In this document: one piece after another, positions 1 through 9,136 of the stretch | Position numbering within the stretch: position 1 is the first letter of the stretch | How the letters are laid out: every line of letters begins with the position of its first letter | NCBI GenBank assembly: GCA_040772725.1 | Contig: JAXGXR010000001.1 | Span: 9,977 to 73,976 of the forward strand | Length of the DNA stretch: 64,000 nucleotides | From: Clostridia bacterium | Lineage (GTDB): Bacteria > Bacillota > Clostridia > Saccharofermentanales > UBA5734 | Reading direction: 5' to 3' | Made by a program: the position numbers and the translations under genes | Notes under the pieces: model-generated | Database searches by the model: none | What the model was told of the DNA's origin: nothing | The model's input: the letters and a program-made list of their open reading frames with translations, nothing else

Positions 1-72
1 GACTTCCTGCCATTCATCAAGCAAACGTGGGGGCTCACCGTTAAGCACTAGATTCGGATCAAGTTGTGCCAT
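1..72 (-). CDS. possible 5' end of an unidentified gene running off the left edge (first 24 codons only)
   Basis: A minus-strand ATG at 70-72 opens a frame that stays open to position 1 (MAQLDPNLVLNGEPPRLLDEWQEV). There is no clear SD and it is too short to identify. Confidence 0.25.
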   Translation of the reverse strand, partial: MAQLDPNLVLNGEPPRLLDEWQEV

Positions 73-322
73 CGTACGATTTTGGAAATTGTTTTCCGGA
101 CTTGCAAGAATGGAAGCGCTATTTGAGTGATTGAGCGCTGTCCATTTCGATAAATATAATCACACGTTTTCGATTGAATTTGGAGTGTTAAATTGCGGTT
201 CCTTCTGAATGCGTGTTCAGAACAGATATGATATGGAAATGACCCGTCGGAAGATCAAACATCGGTTGGATGTGATTACGCCTTTGAATCGGGCTATCTG
301 ATTGCAAAATCGCACCTGTCAG

Positions 323-440
323 AGTTAGTTCCGTTCGTTTCTGTGTTGGTGCCTGGCTCGCTTTCGGTACTGAAAACGGCGAGCCTTACAGCCGCAACGG
401 ATATCGAACGATAGTTCCGATTTGATGTCTGGCACCGAAG
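323..440 (-). repeat. inverted-orientation copy (~1.3 units) of the intergenic hairpin repeat family seen at 9137-9690
   Basis: The reverse complement aligns by hand with the array unit (GGTGCCAGACAYC..GGAACT, GCGGCTGTAAG, AGTACCG..CGGAACT). It carries TAGTTCCG at 326-333 and 412-419, GGTGCCTGGC at 348-357 and CTGGCACCG at 429-437. Confidence 0.7.
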
Positions 441-449
441 CATGAATCC

Positions 450-458
450 TGTTATAAT
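450..458 (+). promoter_or_regulatory. extended -10 promoter (TGtTATAAT) for the DEAD-box helicase gene
   Basis: TG at 450-451 and TATAAT at 453-458, about 70 nt upstream of the ATG at 531. Confidence 0.4.
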
Positions 459-530
459 GACATGATGTGCATGCCTACAGATATCCGAGGCTTGCCTGTA
501 ATCCATTCATTCGCACTATAAGGAGACTAC

Positions 531-1820
531 ATGACCTTTCAAGACTTACAACTGATTCCGCCGATCCTAAGGGCATTGGCTGAGGAACAGTACACCATCC
601 CGACCCCGATCCAAGAGCAAGCGATTCCTCCGGTATTGGCCGGACGTGACCTTTTAGGCATTGCCCAGACGGGTACCGGCAAGACGGCGGCGTTTGCCCT
701 GCCGACCTTGCAGCGGCTTGGCTACCGCCCCCAGAGAAACCGCCCGATTCGCGCCCTCGTCCTGACGCCGACCCGTGAGCTGGCTTTGCAGATTTTTGAA
801 AGCTTCGCGGCCTATGGCCGGCATCTAAGACTGGAGCCCTGCGTCATATTCGGCGGCGTGCCCCAGAAACCTCAAGAGCGAGCGCTGCTTCGCGGCGTCG
901 ACATCCTGGTGGCAACACCGGGGCGTCTGAACGACCTGATCGGCCAGGGGCTGATCAGCCTCCATCAGATCGAGATCCTGATCCTCGATGAAGCGGACCG
1001 CATGCTGGACATGGGCTTCATCCATGATGTCAAGCGGATCATCGCTCAGACACCTGAACGCAAACAGACGCTGTTCTTTTCGGCGACGATGCCGGCCGAA
1101 ATTGCCAACCTGTCCCGTTCGATCCTGATCGACCCGGTCAGGGTGTCGATCACACCGGATAAGCCGACTGTTGAGAAGATCGACCAGACCCTCTATTTTG
1201 TCAACAAGGACAACAAGCGCCATCTGTTGGTCCATCTGCTCCAGAACCCGTCGATCACATCCGCTCTAGTCTTCACCCGCACCAAGCACGGCGCGGACAG
1301 GGTCGTCAAGGAACTCAGCCGTAGCCGGATCGAGGCTGCCGCCATCCACGGCAACAAGTCGCAGAATGCCCGTCAGCGTGCGCTCGGCAGCTTCAAGGAC
1401 AAGTCGACGCGAATCCTTGTTGCGACTGACATCGCCGCCCGCGGCTTGGACATCGATGAGCTGTCCCACGTCATCAACTATGATCTGCCGGAGGTTTCCG
1501 AGACCTACGTGCACCGGATCGGCCGCACCGGCCGGGCCGGACTGGGCGGATCGGCGATCTCCTTCTGCGATGCGGAAGAGAAGAAGTACCTTCGAGGGAT
1601 CGAACGGCTCATCATGAAACCCATTCCGGTGGTGAATGATCACCCTTATCCGTTGACCGAAGTCGAGCCACCTGACGCGGCGCGTTCAAATCAGGAAAAT
1701 GCCCCCCGGAGACCGTCATCTTTCCAGAAAAGCCGCTCGGCTGGCAGACGGCCGGGAAGGTCCCAGCCGGATCATCGATTTGGACAAAAGACAGACCCGC
1801 GTCGATCGGAAAGAAACTGA
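531..1820 (+). CDS. DEAD-box ATP-dependent RNA helicase (RhlE-like) with a basic C-terminal tail
   Basis: Motifs [24 protein letters not shown] and [18 protein letters not shown] lies upstream of the ATG. Confidence 0.95.
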   Translation: MTFQDLQLIPPILRALAEEQYTIPTPIQEQAIPPVLAGRDLLGIAQTGTGKTAAFALPTLQRLGYRPQRNRPIRALVLTPTRELALQIFESFAAYGRHLRLEPCVIFGGVPQKPQERALLRGVDILVATPGRLNDLIGQGLISLHQIEILILDEADRMLDMGFIHDVKRIIAQTPERKQTLFFSATMPAEIANLSRSILIDPVRVSITPDKPTVEKIDQTLYFVNKDNKRHLLVHLLQNPSITSALVFTRTKHGADRVVKELSRSRIEAAAIHGNKSQNARQRALGSFKDKSTRILVATDIAARGLDIDELSHVINYDLPEVSETYVHRIGRTGRAGLGGSAISFCDAEEKKYLRGIERLIMKPIPVVNDHPYPLTEVEPPDAARSNQENAPRRPSSFQKSRSAGRRPGRSQPDHRFGQKTDPRRSERN

Positions 1821-1853
1821 TCTCAAGACGGATCGCATTTTCAGGTTGCTCAG

Positions 1854-2849
1854 TCATTTTGCCAGGGCAATGGCATCCAGGACAGCCAGTTCAAACGGGT
1901 GAGTATTGGCTTCGCCTTTTCCTGCGATTTCGAAAGCGGTTCCGTGCGAAGGACTGCACATCGGGCAGGGCAGGCCTCCGATGATGCTCACGCCATGCTC
2001 AAAACCCAGCAGTTTCAGGGCGATCTGGCCCTGATCATGGTACATGGTGACCACTCCGTCGAATTCGCCATGGTTCAAGGCGCGATTGAAAATCGTGTCG
2101 GCGGCATATGGGCCGGTCACAAAAATGCCTTCGTGCTCTATTTCCCGGATACTGGGGGCAATGATGCGGCCCTCTTCATTGCCGCAAGTGCCATATTCGC
2201 CTGCGTGCGGGTTGAGCGCGGCAACCCCGATGCGGGGGTTCTCATAGCCGGCGTTTTTCATGGTGCTCCACAACAGGCGAATCGCGATTTTTATATTATC
2301 CTTGGTGAGATATTTGGCGATGTCCACCATCGGGACATGACTCATGGCCCGGGTGGTGAAAATATGCTTCATGTGGTTGATTTCACCGGCAGGGCCCTGG
2401 TAGTCCAGCACTTGCCGGATGTAGGCGATTTCACTGGTGAATTCTTTGCCCTTGGCCGCCTTGATGGACGCCTTGTTGAACGGGGCAAAGCAGATGGCGC
2501 CCACGACACCTTTTCGCCAAAGGTCGATCCCCAGGTCAATCTGCTGCGTCACAGCACGGCCCGTGATGGCGCTGACCTGTCCCAGGACGACATCATCCGG
2601 GTTGACATTTTTCATGTCATAAAAACACAGTTCGTTTGAAAAATCGGGGACTTCAGGGTCTTCGATCAAATAATACGCAAAGTCAGAGCCGATAAGCGCC
2701 AAAGCCTGATCGAACACCCGCCTGTCGCCCAGGATGATGGCGTGACAATGGCTTTGGATGAATCCGTTCGAACAAGTCTTGGCGACGAGTTCGGGTCCGA
2801 TCCCGGCAGCATCACCCAGTAGGATGGCAATCGTCTTTTTGTCGTCCAT
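1854..2849 (-). CDS. PdxA-family NAD-dependent 4-hydroxythreonine-4-phosphate dehydrogenase-like enzyme
   Basis: NPHAGEYG, HDQGQIALK and SPSHGTAFEIAGKG motifs. Start moved to the internal ATG at 2847-2849 (MDDKKTIAILLGD), which has a GGGGGAAG SD. Confidence 0.85.
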   Translation of the reverse strand: MDDKKTIAILLGDAAGIGPELVAKTCSNGFIQSHCHAIILGDRRVFDQALALIGSDFAYYLIEDPEVPDFSNELCFYDMKNVNPDDVVLGQVSAITGRAVTQQIDLGIDLWRKGVVGAICFAPFNKASIKAAKGKEFTSEIAYIRQVLDYQGPAGEINHMKHIFTTRAMSHVPMVDIAKYLTKDNIKIAIRLLWSTMKNAGYENPRIGVAALNPHAGEYGTCGNEEGRIIAPSIREIEHEGIFVTGPYAADTIFNRALNHGEFDGVVTMYHDQGQIALKLLGFEHGVSIIGGLPCPMCSPSHGTAFEIAGKGEANTHPFELAVLDAIALAK

Positions 2850-2974
2850 GATGTCTTCCCCCGATTCTGGAGCGTTTTGTGTTTGATCAATCCATTTTGT
2901 TGATATCATACAATAAAGTGCGGATTCAATGAAATGGAAATAGGCTGATTCTAACAATGAATCCATTATTCATG

Positions 2975-3010
2975 AACAAAAAAAGAGCCGCTCGCGAGAA
3001 CGGCTCCTTT
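2975..3010 (-). terminator. intrinsic terminator after the permease gene (hairpin flanked by A- and T-runs)
   Basis: GAGCCG (2985-2990) pairs with CGGCTC (3001-3006). The A-run at 2975-2984 gives a U-run on the minus strand. Confidence 0.7.
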
Positions 3011-3030
3011 TTGTGAAAACGTTATAAAAT

Positions 3031-4359
3031 TCAGATCTTGTCCTTCAAGCCGACTCTCAGGATGAGGTTGACCACGATGCCCATCAGGGCAGCGGTCGCG
3101 ATCGCCGGGAGCTGGGCGCCGAAGAAGGGGATCATGCCGCCGGGGAAACCGTAGTTGCCACCGAGGCCGACGACCAGGATGGTGGAGATGACGGCGAGGT
3201 TTCTGGCATCGAACAGGTCGACCTTGCGGTTGATCATGATCGCGATGCCCTGGGCGCCGATGATGCCGAACAGGTAGACGCTGACACCGCCGATGACCGC
3301 GCCGGGAATGGTGTTGACGAGGTTGGACAGCGGGGTGAAGAAGGAGATGATCATGGTGATGATTGCTGCCGCGCCAAGCACGTGGACAGAGAAGTTGCGG
3401 GTGATGGCCATGGTGCTCAGGTTTTCCCCGTAGTTGGTACCGGCCGGGCCACCGAACATCGAGGAGACGATGTCGCCAATGCCGTCGCCGATCAGGTTCA
3501 GACCCAGGCGATCTTTGATATTGTAGCTTTTCTTGCCCTTTTGCTCGGCCAGGTGATCAACATAGATGTCGAGCTGGTAAAGGTGGGCAGTGGACTCGGG
3601 GATGGTGGCGATGGCGATCGGCATGATGGCCGCGACCGCGACCCAGCTGACCTTGGGGAAGGTGAAATGCGGGACCGCGATGATATCGCCGGCGAAAACC
3701 GAGCTGAAGTCGATCACGCCAAAGGCCAGGGCAGTCACATAGCCGACAATGATGCCGAACAGGATCGGCAGCTGGCCCCATGTACCTTTCAGGTAGACGG
3801 AGAAGAGCATGGTGGCGAACAGGGTGACGAGCGCGATGACCCACGCGACGTTCTGGGCATTGCCGGTCGCGCCGTTGCCGGCAGCGCCTGAGATGGCGGT
3901 TCCGGCCAGCGAGATGCCAATGACGATGGCGATGGAGCCGGTGACCGTCGGCGGCAGGACCTTTTCAATCTTGTCCGAGCCGAAGGCGTTGATGATCAGG
4001 CCGGCCGCGATGGAGACGAGACCGGACATGATGACACCGAACTGGGCCTGGGAGATCAGGGCGTCCTCGGCGACCTTGCCGAATTCACGCGCGCCGGTGA
4101 TGGAGACGATGGCAGCGATGTAGGAGAAACTGGAGCCGTAGTAAAGGGGGATCTTGCCGCGGGTGACCAGCAGGAAGCAGATCGTGGCGAGGCCGCTGGC
4201 AAAAATGGTGGTGGAGACGTGGAATCCGGTGAGAAGGGCGACGAGTACAGTGGCGGGAAACATGACCAGGATCTGTTGAAGAGCAAAAAGGATCATTTTC
4301 CAGATCGGGGGCTTTTCGTCAGGCAGATACCCGACAACGGTCTTGGGTGCTTGACTCAT
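3031..4359 (-). CDS. NCS2-family nucleobase:cation symporter (uracil/xanthine permease-like)
   Basis: 442-aa polytopic membrane protein with an N-terminus and glycine-rich helices typical of UraA/PyrP-type permeases. GGAGGA SD. Confidence 0.9.
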   Translation of the reverse strand: MSQAPKTVVGYLPDEKPPIWKMILFALQQILVMFPATVLVALLTGFHVSTTIFASGLATICFLLVTRGKIPLYYGSSFSYIAAIVSITGAREFGKVAEDALISQAQFGVIMSGLVSIAAGLIINAFGSDKIEKVLPPTVTGSIAIVIGISLAGTAISGAAGNGATGNAQNVAWVIALVTLFATMLFSVYLKGTWGQLPILFGIIVGYVTALAFGVIDFSSVFAGDIIAVPHFTFPKVSWVAVAAIMPIAIATIPESTAHLYQLDIYVDHLAEQKGKKSYNIKDRLGLNLIGDGIGDIVSSMFGGPAGTNYGENLSTMAITRNFSVHVLGAAAIITMIISFFTPLSNLVNTIPGAVIGGVSVYLFGIIGAQGIAIMINRKVDLFDARNLAVISTILVVGLGGNYGFPGGMIPFFGAQLPAIATAALMGIVVNLILRVGLKDKI

Positions 4360-4523
4360 ACGATGTCCTCCAGGATGCTTGATAGTCTTGCGGTTGCTTG
4401 CATACTGTTAAAAAACTACTATGATCGATCGCCATTGTCAATAAAGATGAATCAGTTTCCGGATGCTGTCAGCAGGCCAACGGCGTGATATGATGTTTTG
4501 TAGGTGATTGGAGGGCCGGAGCT

Positions 4524-4994
4524 ATGCAAATCGTTTATTATTCCTTGAATGGAACGACCGAAAAAGTGGCCCGGCAGCTGGCGTCGCTGCTGGACCTGCC
4601 GCTGTTCCGCATCGAGGATGTCTCATCGCGCAGGGGGTTTTTCGGTTACATGAAATCCGGATTTGAATCAGTTGCCAAAAAGACACCCAAAATACGGCCA
4701 ATCGAGGATTTTGAGCCTGATGGAGATCATCTGATCCTGCTGTCTCCTGTCTGGGCCGGCAGCATGTCCAGCCCCGTCCGGACATTCTGCACGCTGCACG
4801 CCGGGCGGTATGCTGATTTTTCACTCATATTGACCCATCAGGACACGAAAAACGACTACGCGACGGTGCAACAGGAAATCGCCACGATTCTGGGCGCGAA
4901 GCCTGACCGCTTCGGCTCTTTCTGTGACAAGCAGATCCATCCGGACGACATCCTGGCCCTGGGAAGACAATTCATGGAGGATAGCCGGTCATAA
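4524..4994 (+). CDS. flavodoxin-like protein
   Basis: N-terminal MQIVYYSLNGTTEKVA flavodoxin phosphate-binding-type motif, ~155 aa, GGAGGG SD. Confidence 0.7.
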   Translation: MQIVYYSLNGTTEKVARQLASLLDLPLFRIEDVSSRRGFFGYMKSGFESVAKKTPKIRPIEDFEPDGDHLILLSPVWAGSMSSPVRTFCTLHAGRYADFSLILTHQDTKNDYATVQQEIATILGAKPDRFGSFCDKQIHPDDILALGRQFMEDSRS

Positions 4995-5626
4995 TGTGCG
5001 GACGTTACTATATCGAACAGGAAGAGGATATCGCCGAGATGCGTCGGATCCTGGAGGAAGTGAACCGGCGTTTTGCCGGCACGGCCATGGCTTCACGGCT
5101 GAAGACGGGCGAAATCGTCCCGACGGATGTGGTACCGGCTGTTTCCGGCATGGCTGGCCCCGGAGGACAAGCGGTGCCGACATTGTCCTTGATGCAATGG
5201 GGGATGAGCAGGCCGGGATCGTCCGGTGTGATCATCAATGCCCGATCAGAAACCGCTGCTGACAAACCGATGTTTCGCCGCCTGGTCACGACCGGGCGGG
5301 TCCTGCTCCCGGCAAACGCCTTCTTCGAGTGGCAAAAGGACCCGGCCAGCCGGACGAAAACCAAGTACCAAGTGATGGTGCCCGGTTCGCCTTTCTTTTA
5401 TATGGCGGGCCTGTTCCGGCCTGAGCGGATCGATACAAGTGATGGCCTGGTCAATCGGTTTGTCATTGTCACCGTACCGGCCAATGAACAATTGCTGCCG
5501 ATCCACGACCGCATGCCGCTGATCCTGGGACATGACGACGCCCGTCGCTATCTGCTCGACAGCGACCACGCCGCCCAGCTGCTCAGCAGCCCGCCGCCGT
5601 GCCCCCTGATGACAGTGCCGGCCTGA
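4994..5626 (+). CDS. SOS-response-associated peptidase (SRAP/YedK-HMCES family, abasic-site processing)
   Basis: Starts MCGRY (catalytic Cys2) with family-typical length and motifs. TAATG overlap with the upstream gene. Confidence 0.9.
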   Translation: MCGRYYIEQEEDIAEMRRILEEVNRRFAGTAMASRLKTGEIVPTDVVPAVSGMAGPGGQAVPTLSLMQWGMSRPGSSGVIINARSETAADKPMFRRLVTTGRVLLPANAFFEWQKDPASRTKTKYQVMVPGSPFFYMAGLFRPERIDTSDGLVNRFVIVTVPANEQLLPIHDRMPLILGHDDARRYLLDSDHAAQLLSSPPPCPLMTVPA

Positions 5627-5762
5627 CGGGCTTTTTCCACGGATTTCGCCTAGCCGAATACCGGACACGGTGGAAAAGCCGATGTGTTTATCTTGTCGGG
5701 CCAATATGAAAATATGGTAGAATGATGTCGATTATCAGATCACGTCGGACCAAGGAGTTTCC

Positions 5763-8567
5763 ATGCAGCATCAGACGCGCACCATGAGCAAGACCCGACA
5801 GTTGTTTCATCAGAACCGATCGCTCTTCTTTTCGTTCCTGTTTCCATTTGTCATCCTGGCCGCCGCCTTTTTCAGCCGGGCTGTCTTTCCGATCGGCGAC
5901 CGCAACATCCTGACGATCGACCTGTATCACCAGTACGCACCGTTCATTGTCGAGCTTCGGGAGAAACTGACATCCTTTTCCAGCCTGTTTTACACCTGGA
6001 ACGGTGGGCTGGGCACGAACTTCTGGTCGCTTTTCGCCTATTACCTGGCCAGCCCGCTCAACATCCTGATCGTCCTTTTCCCGCCGGCTTTCCTGACTGA
6101 AGCGATCCTGCTCCTGGTCCTGGTCAAGATCGGCCTGGCCGGCACGACCTTCGCCGCCTTCCTCAAGGGCGTGAGGCAGATGACGGGTAGCGCGCCGGTC
6201 GCCTTTGCCACGATGTACGCCCTGTCCGGCTACACCCTGGCCTATTTCTGGAACATCATGTGGCTGGACAGCCTGTTTCTGCTGCCGCTGGTCATGCTCG
6301 GCCTTCACCGGCTGGTCCGTGAAAAACGGTTCGTGCTCTATGTGGTGTCGCTGGCCTTTGTGATCTACACCAACTATTACATGGCGTTTTTTGTCTGCCT
6401 GTTCACTGTGCTCTATTTCCCGGTCTGCCTGTTTTCCAACCTGACCTTCCACAAGCCGGGTCGACTCATTGGCGCGACCGCCCGGTTTGCCGGCGCGTCT
6501 TTGCTGGCCGGCGGCCTGGCCTCGGTGCTGCTGCTGCCGACATTCTTTTCATTGCGCCTGACTTCGGCGGCCGGTGACACGTTCCCGAAATCCATCAACC
6601 ACTATTTTGACCTGTTTGACTTCATCAGCCAGCATTATGTCCTGACACCGCCCTCGATCCGAGAGGGGATGCCGAACATGTACGGAGGCCTGGCTGTCCT
6701 GATCCTGCTGCCGGTGTATTTCCTCAGCAAGTCGATTCCGCTCAGGGAAAAGCTCTGGCACATGGGACTGACCTTTGTCCTTATCCTCAGCTTCAACATC
6801 GATGTGCTCAATTTCATCTGGCATGGCATGCATTTTCCCAATCAGCTGCCATACCGCAACTCGTTTGTATACATTTTCCTGGCCTTGTCGATGGCGGCAC
6901 CCGCGTTCATGCGCCTTCGTGAATTTTCCGGTAAACAGATCGGGGCCATCGGGGCCGGCCTGGCCTTGCTGGTGGTTCTGTCCCAGAAGCTCAATGACAA
7001 GCAGCCAACGATTGTCAGCCTTTACGTGACGCTCGCCTTCATTGTCGTCTACCTGGCGATCCTGACCGTCGACCGGGTCGTCCACATGACCCGCCAGGAA
7101 TTCGCGGTCGCTTTCCTGCTGGTGATCCTGACGGAACTGACCTTGAACACATTCCTGATGATGCACAAGGTGGACACCACCGAATACCTGTCCCAGCGCG
7201 ATGGCTATCTGAGCGGGCGGGAAGTGGCCCAGATCCGGGAGCAGTTGACGATCATCGAAGAAGTGGAGCCTGACCCGCAATTTTATCGTGTCGAGATCCT
7301 GGAGCCCCGGACGATCAACGATCCGTTCCTGTATTCCTTCCGCGGGCTGTCGATCTTTGCCTCGACCGTGCCGACCAAACCGGTCCGCCTGTTTGAGAAC
7401 CTCGGCTTCCACAGCAACGGCATCAACAGCTACAAGAACGAAGGATCGACCATTCTGCTGGACACGATCTTCTCCATCGAATACCTGATCCATCGCGCTC
7501 CCAAAACCGATGACCGGCTGCGGGAGGTTTTTGCTTCGACTGACGAGATCACGGTCTATCGCAATCCGTTCGTATCCTCGATCGGGTACTGGGTACCGCA
7601 GGAGGTCACGAACTGGTACAGTTATGCCGGTAGTCCTTTCGAAGCCCAGAACAGTCTGTTGGCGCACATGACTCGCAAAGACCCGGTACTGATGACACTT
7701 CCGCTTTCGCCTGCATCTCAGGCCAACCTGACGTTCAGCGGCACACCGGACCAGTATTTCTCCTTCACCCGGTCAAACGCCGACCTTGCGTCCACCGCGC
7801 GCGTGAATGTGGAAAACCCGATCGACCAGCAGGTGTACCTATACCTCGATATCCCGGCGAACGTGGCCGAAAGCGGCACGGTTCGTGTCGGCGAGCGGAC
7901 CATCGGCTTCAACGCGGCCAGGGCGACTGTGATCGACCTGGGGCATTGCCTGGCTTCCGAGCCGATCGTGGTTGAAATCGGTTACAAAAGCGGATCGGCC
8001 CAATCGAGCTATTTCGAACTGTTCGCCTGCGGACTGGAACGCTCGGCCATGGAACGGGCTGCCGATGACTTGAAAGCCCAGGCCATGGAGATCACCCGGT
8101 TTACAGACCGGCGGGTGGAAGGCACGATCCAGGCTCCGGAGGACGGGTATGTCCTGATGACCATTCCCTTTGACGCCGGATGGAAGATCCAGGTCGATGG
8201 CCAATCGGTCGAGACAAAAGCGCTCGATGACGGACTGGTTCTGTTCGACATCCCGAAGGGCACCCATCAGGTGACGATGCACTTCACACCTGACAAACTG
8301 TTGCTCGGTGCCGGCATCTCCCTGGTGTCCCTGATGGTGCTCACACTGCTCACCATGATCCAGCGCCGAAAAGATCGCCATCGTCGATCCATGGGATTCA
8401 TCCCAGGAATCGAACGCCCCGTCCCGGTCCGGGTCGGACTGGCCCACGAGGATTTGCCGGCAGAAAATCAATCGCCACCGATCATTGAAGAGGCAGGTGC
8501 CGATTCCCCTGCGGCAGCAGAAGCGCCCTCTGAAGCCAATCCTCAAGAACCGGACGATGTGGTATAA
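5763..8567 (+). CDS. YfhO-family polytopic membrane protein (glycosyltransferase-like)
   Basis: 934 aa with many TM helices. The N-terminal FPIGDRNILTIDLYHQYAPF signature is typical of YfhO. AAGGAG SD. Confidence 0.85.
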   Translation: MQHQTRTMSKTRQLFHQNRSLFFSFLFPFVILAAAFFSRAVFPIGDRNILTIDLYHQYAPFIVELREKLTSFSSLFYTWNGGLGTNFWSLFAYYLASPLNILIVLFPPAFLTEAILLLVLVKIGLAGTTFAAFLKGVRQMTGSAPVAFATMYALSGYTLAYFWNIMWLDSLFLLPLVMLGLHRLVREKRFVLYVVSLAFVIYTNYYMAFFVCLFTVLYFPVCLFSNLTFHKPGRLIGATARFAGASLLAGGLASVLLLPTFFSLRLTSAAGDTFPKSINHYFDLFDFISQHYVLTPPSIREGMPNMYGGLAVLILLPVYFLSKSIPLREKLWHMGLTFVLILSFNIDVLNFIWHGMHFPNQLPYRNSFVYIFLALSMAAPAFMRLREFSGKQIGAIGAGLALLVVLSQKLNDKQPTIVSLYVTLAFIVVYLAILTVDRVVHMTRQEFAVAFLLVILTELTLNTFLMMHKVDTTEYLSQRDGYLSGREVAQIREQLTIIEEVEPDPQFYRVEILEPRTINDPFLYSFRGLSIFASTVPTKPVRLFENLGFHSNGINSYKNEGSTILLDTIFSIEYLIHRAPKTDDRLREVFASTDEITVYRNPFVSSIGYWVPQEVTNWYSYAGSPFEAQNSLLAHMTRKDPVLMTLPLSPASQANLTFSGTPDQYFSFTRSNADLASTARVNVENPIDQQVYLYLDIPANVAESGTVRVGERTIGFNAARATVIDLGHCLASEPIVVEIGYKSGSAQSSYFELFACGLERSAMERAADDLKAQAMEITRFTDRRVEGTIQAPEDGYVLMTIPFDAGWKIQVDGQSVETKALDDGLVLFDIPKGTHQVTMHFTPDKLLLGAGISLVSLMVLTLLTMIQRRKDRHRRSMGFIPGIERPVPVRVGLAHEDLPAENQSPPIIEEAGADSPAAAEAPSEANPQEPDDVV

Positions 8568-8617
8568 TATTTTCATATACGGACTCAAGACATCCAATAT
8601 GCAAGGAGGAACCGAAC

Positions 8618-9001
8618 ATGGACACAAACAAGAGTTTTTATCGCTGCAGCATTTGCGGAAACATTGTCGGCCTGATCCAGGATGGCGGCGGGGAACTCGT
8701 CTGCTGCGGACAGCCCATGGATCTGCTCAAGGCCAACACGACCGACGCCGCGACAGAGAAGCATGTTCCTGTCCTGACCCGTAACGGCAATAATCTGCAT
8801 GTCGAAGTTGGCAGCGTCGCCCATCCGATGGTCGCCGAACATTACATCCAGTGGATCTGCATCGCCCAGGGCAATCTCACCCAGCGCACCGCGCTTGATC
8901 CGGGCGATCCGCCGGTGGCTGATTTCGTGATCTGCGACGGACCGGTTGTCGTCTACGAGTACTGCAACCTCCATGGATTGTGGAAAGCGGAGCTCGAATA
9001 A
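8618..9001 (+). CDS. dfx: desulfoferrodoxin (class I superoxide reductase)
   Basis: N-terminal CxxC...CC desulforedoxin-like site (CSICGN, VCCGQPM), KHVPV, and His/Cys ligands of the SOR centre. AAGGAGG SD. Confidence 0.92.
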   Translation: MDTNKSFYRCSICGNIVGLIQDGGGELVCCGQPMDLLKANTTDAATEKHVPVLTRNGNNLHVEVGSVAHPMVAEHYIQWICIAQGNLTQRTALDPGDPPVADFVICDGPVVVYEYCNLHGLWKAELE

Positions 9002-9092
9002 ACATCCTTTGCCCGGTTGTTGATCGGCCAGCCGCCGTTCAGACGGTGACCCATCAGCAAGTGTAAGATGATCCGATTCCAGCCATATGCAA

Positions 9093-9129
9093 AACTGCCG
9101 GACGCGAAGTAGCGTCCGGCAGTTTTTTT
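9093..9129 (+). terminator. intrinsic terminator of dfx
   Basis: A 13-bp stem, AACTGCCGGACGC (9093-9105) with GCGTCCGGCAGTT (9112-9124), followed by a T7 run. Confidence 0.85.
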
Positions 9130-9136
9130 GCGTGTG

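Noticed and set aside
2850-2966. The longer 370-aa version of the PdxA-family ORF.
   Set aside because: The extra 39 N-terminal residues are not family-like. The internal ATG at 2847-49 has a strong SD and yields the canonical KTIAILLGDAAGIGPE N-terminus.
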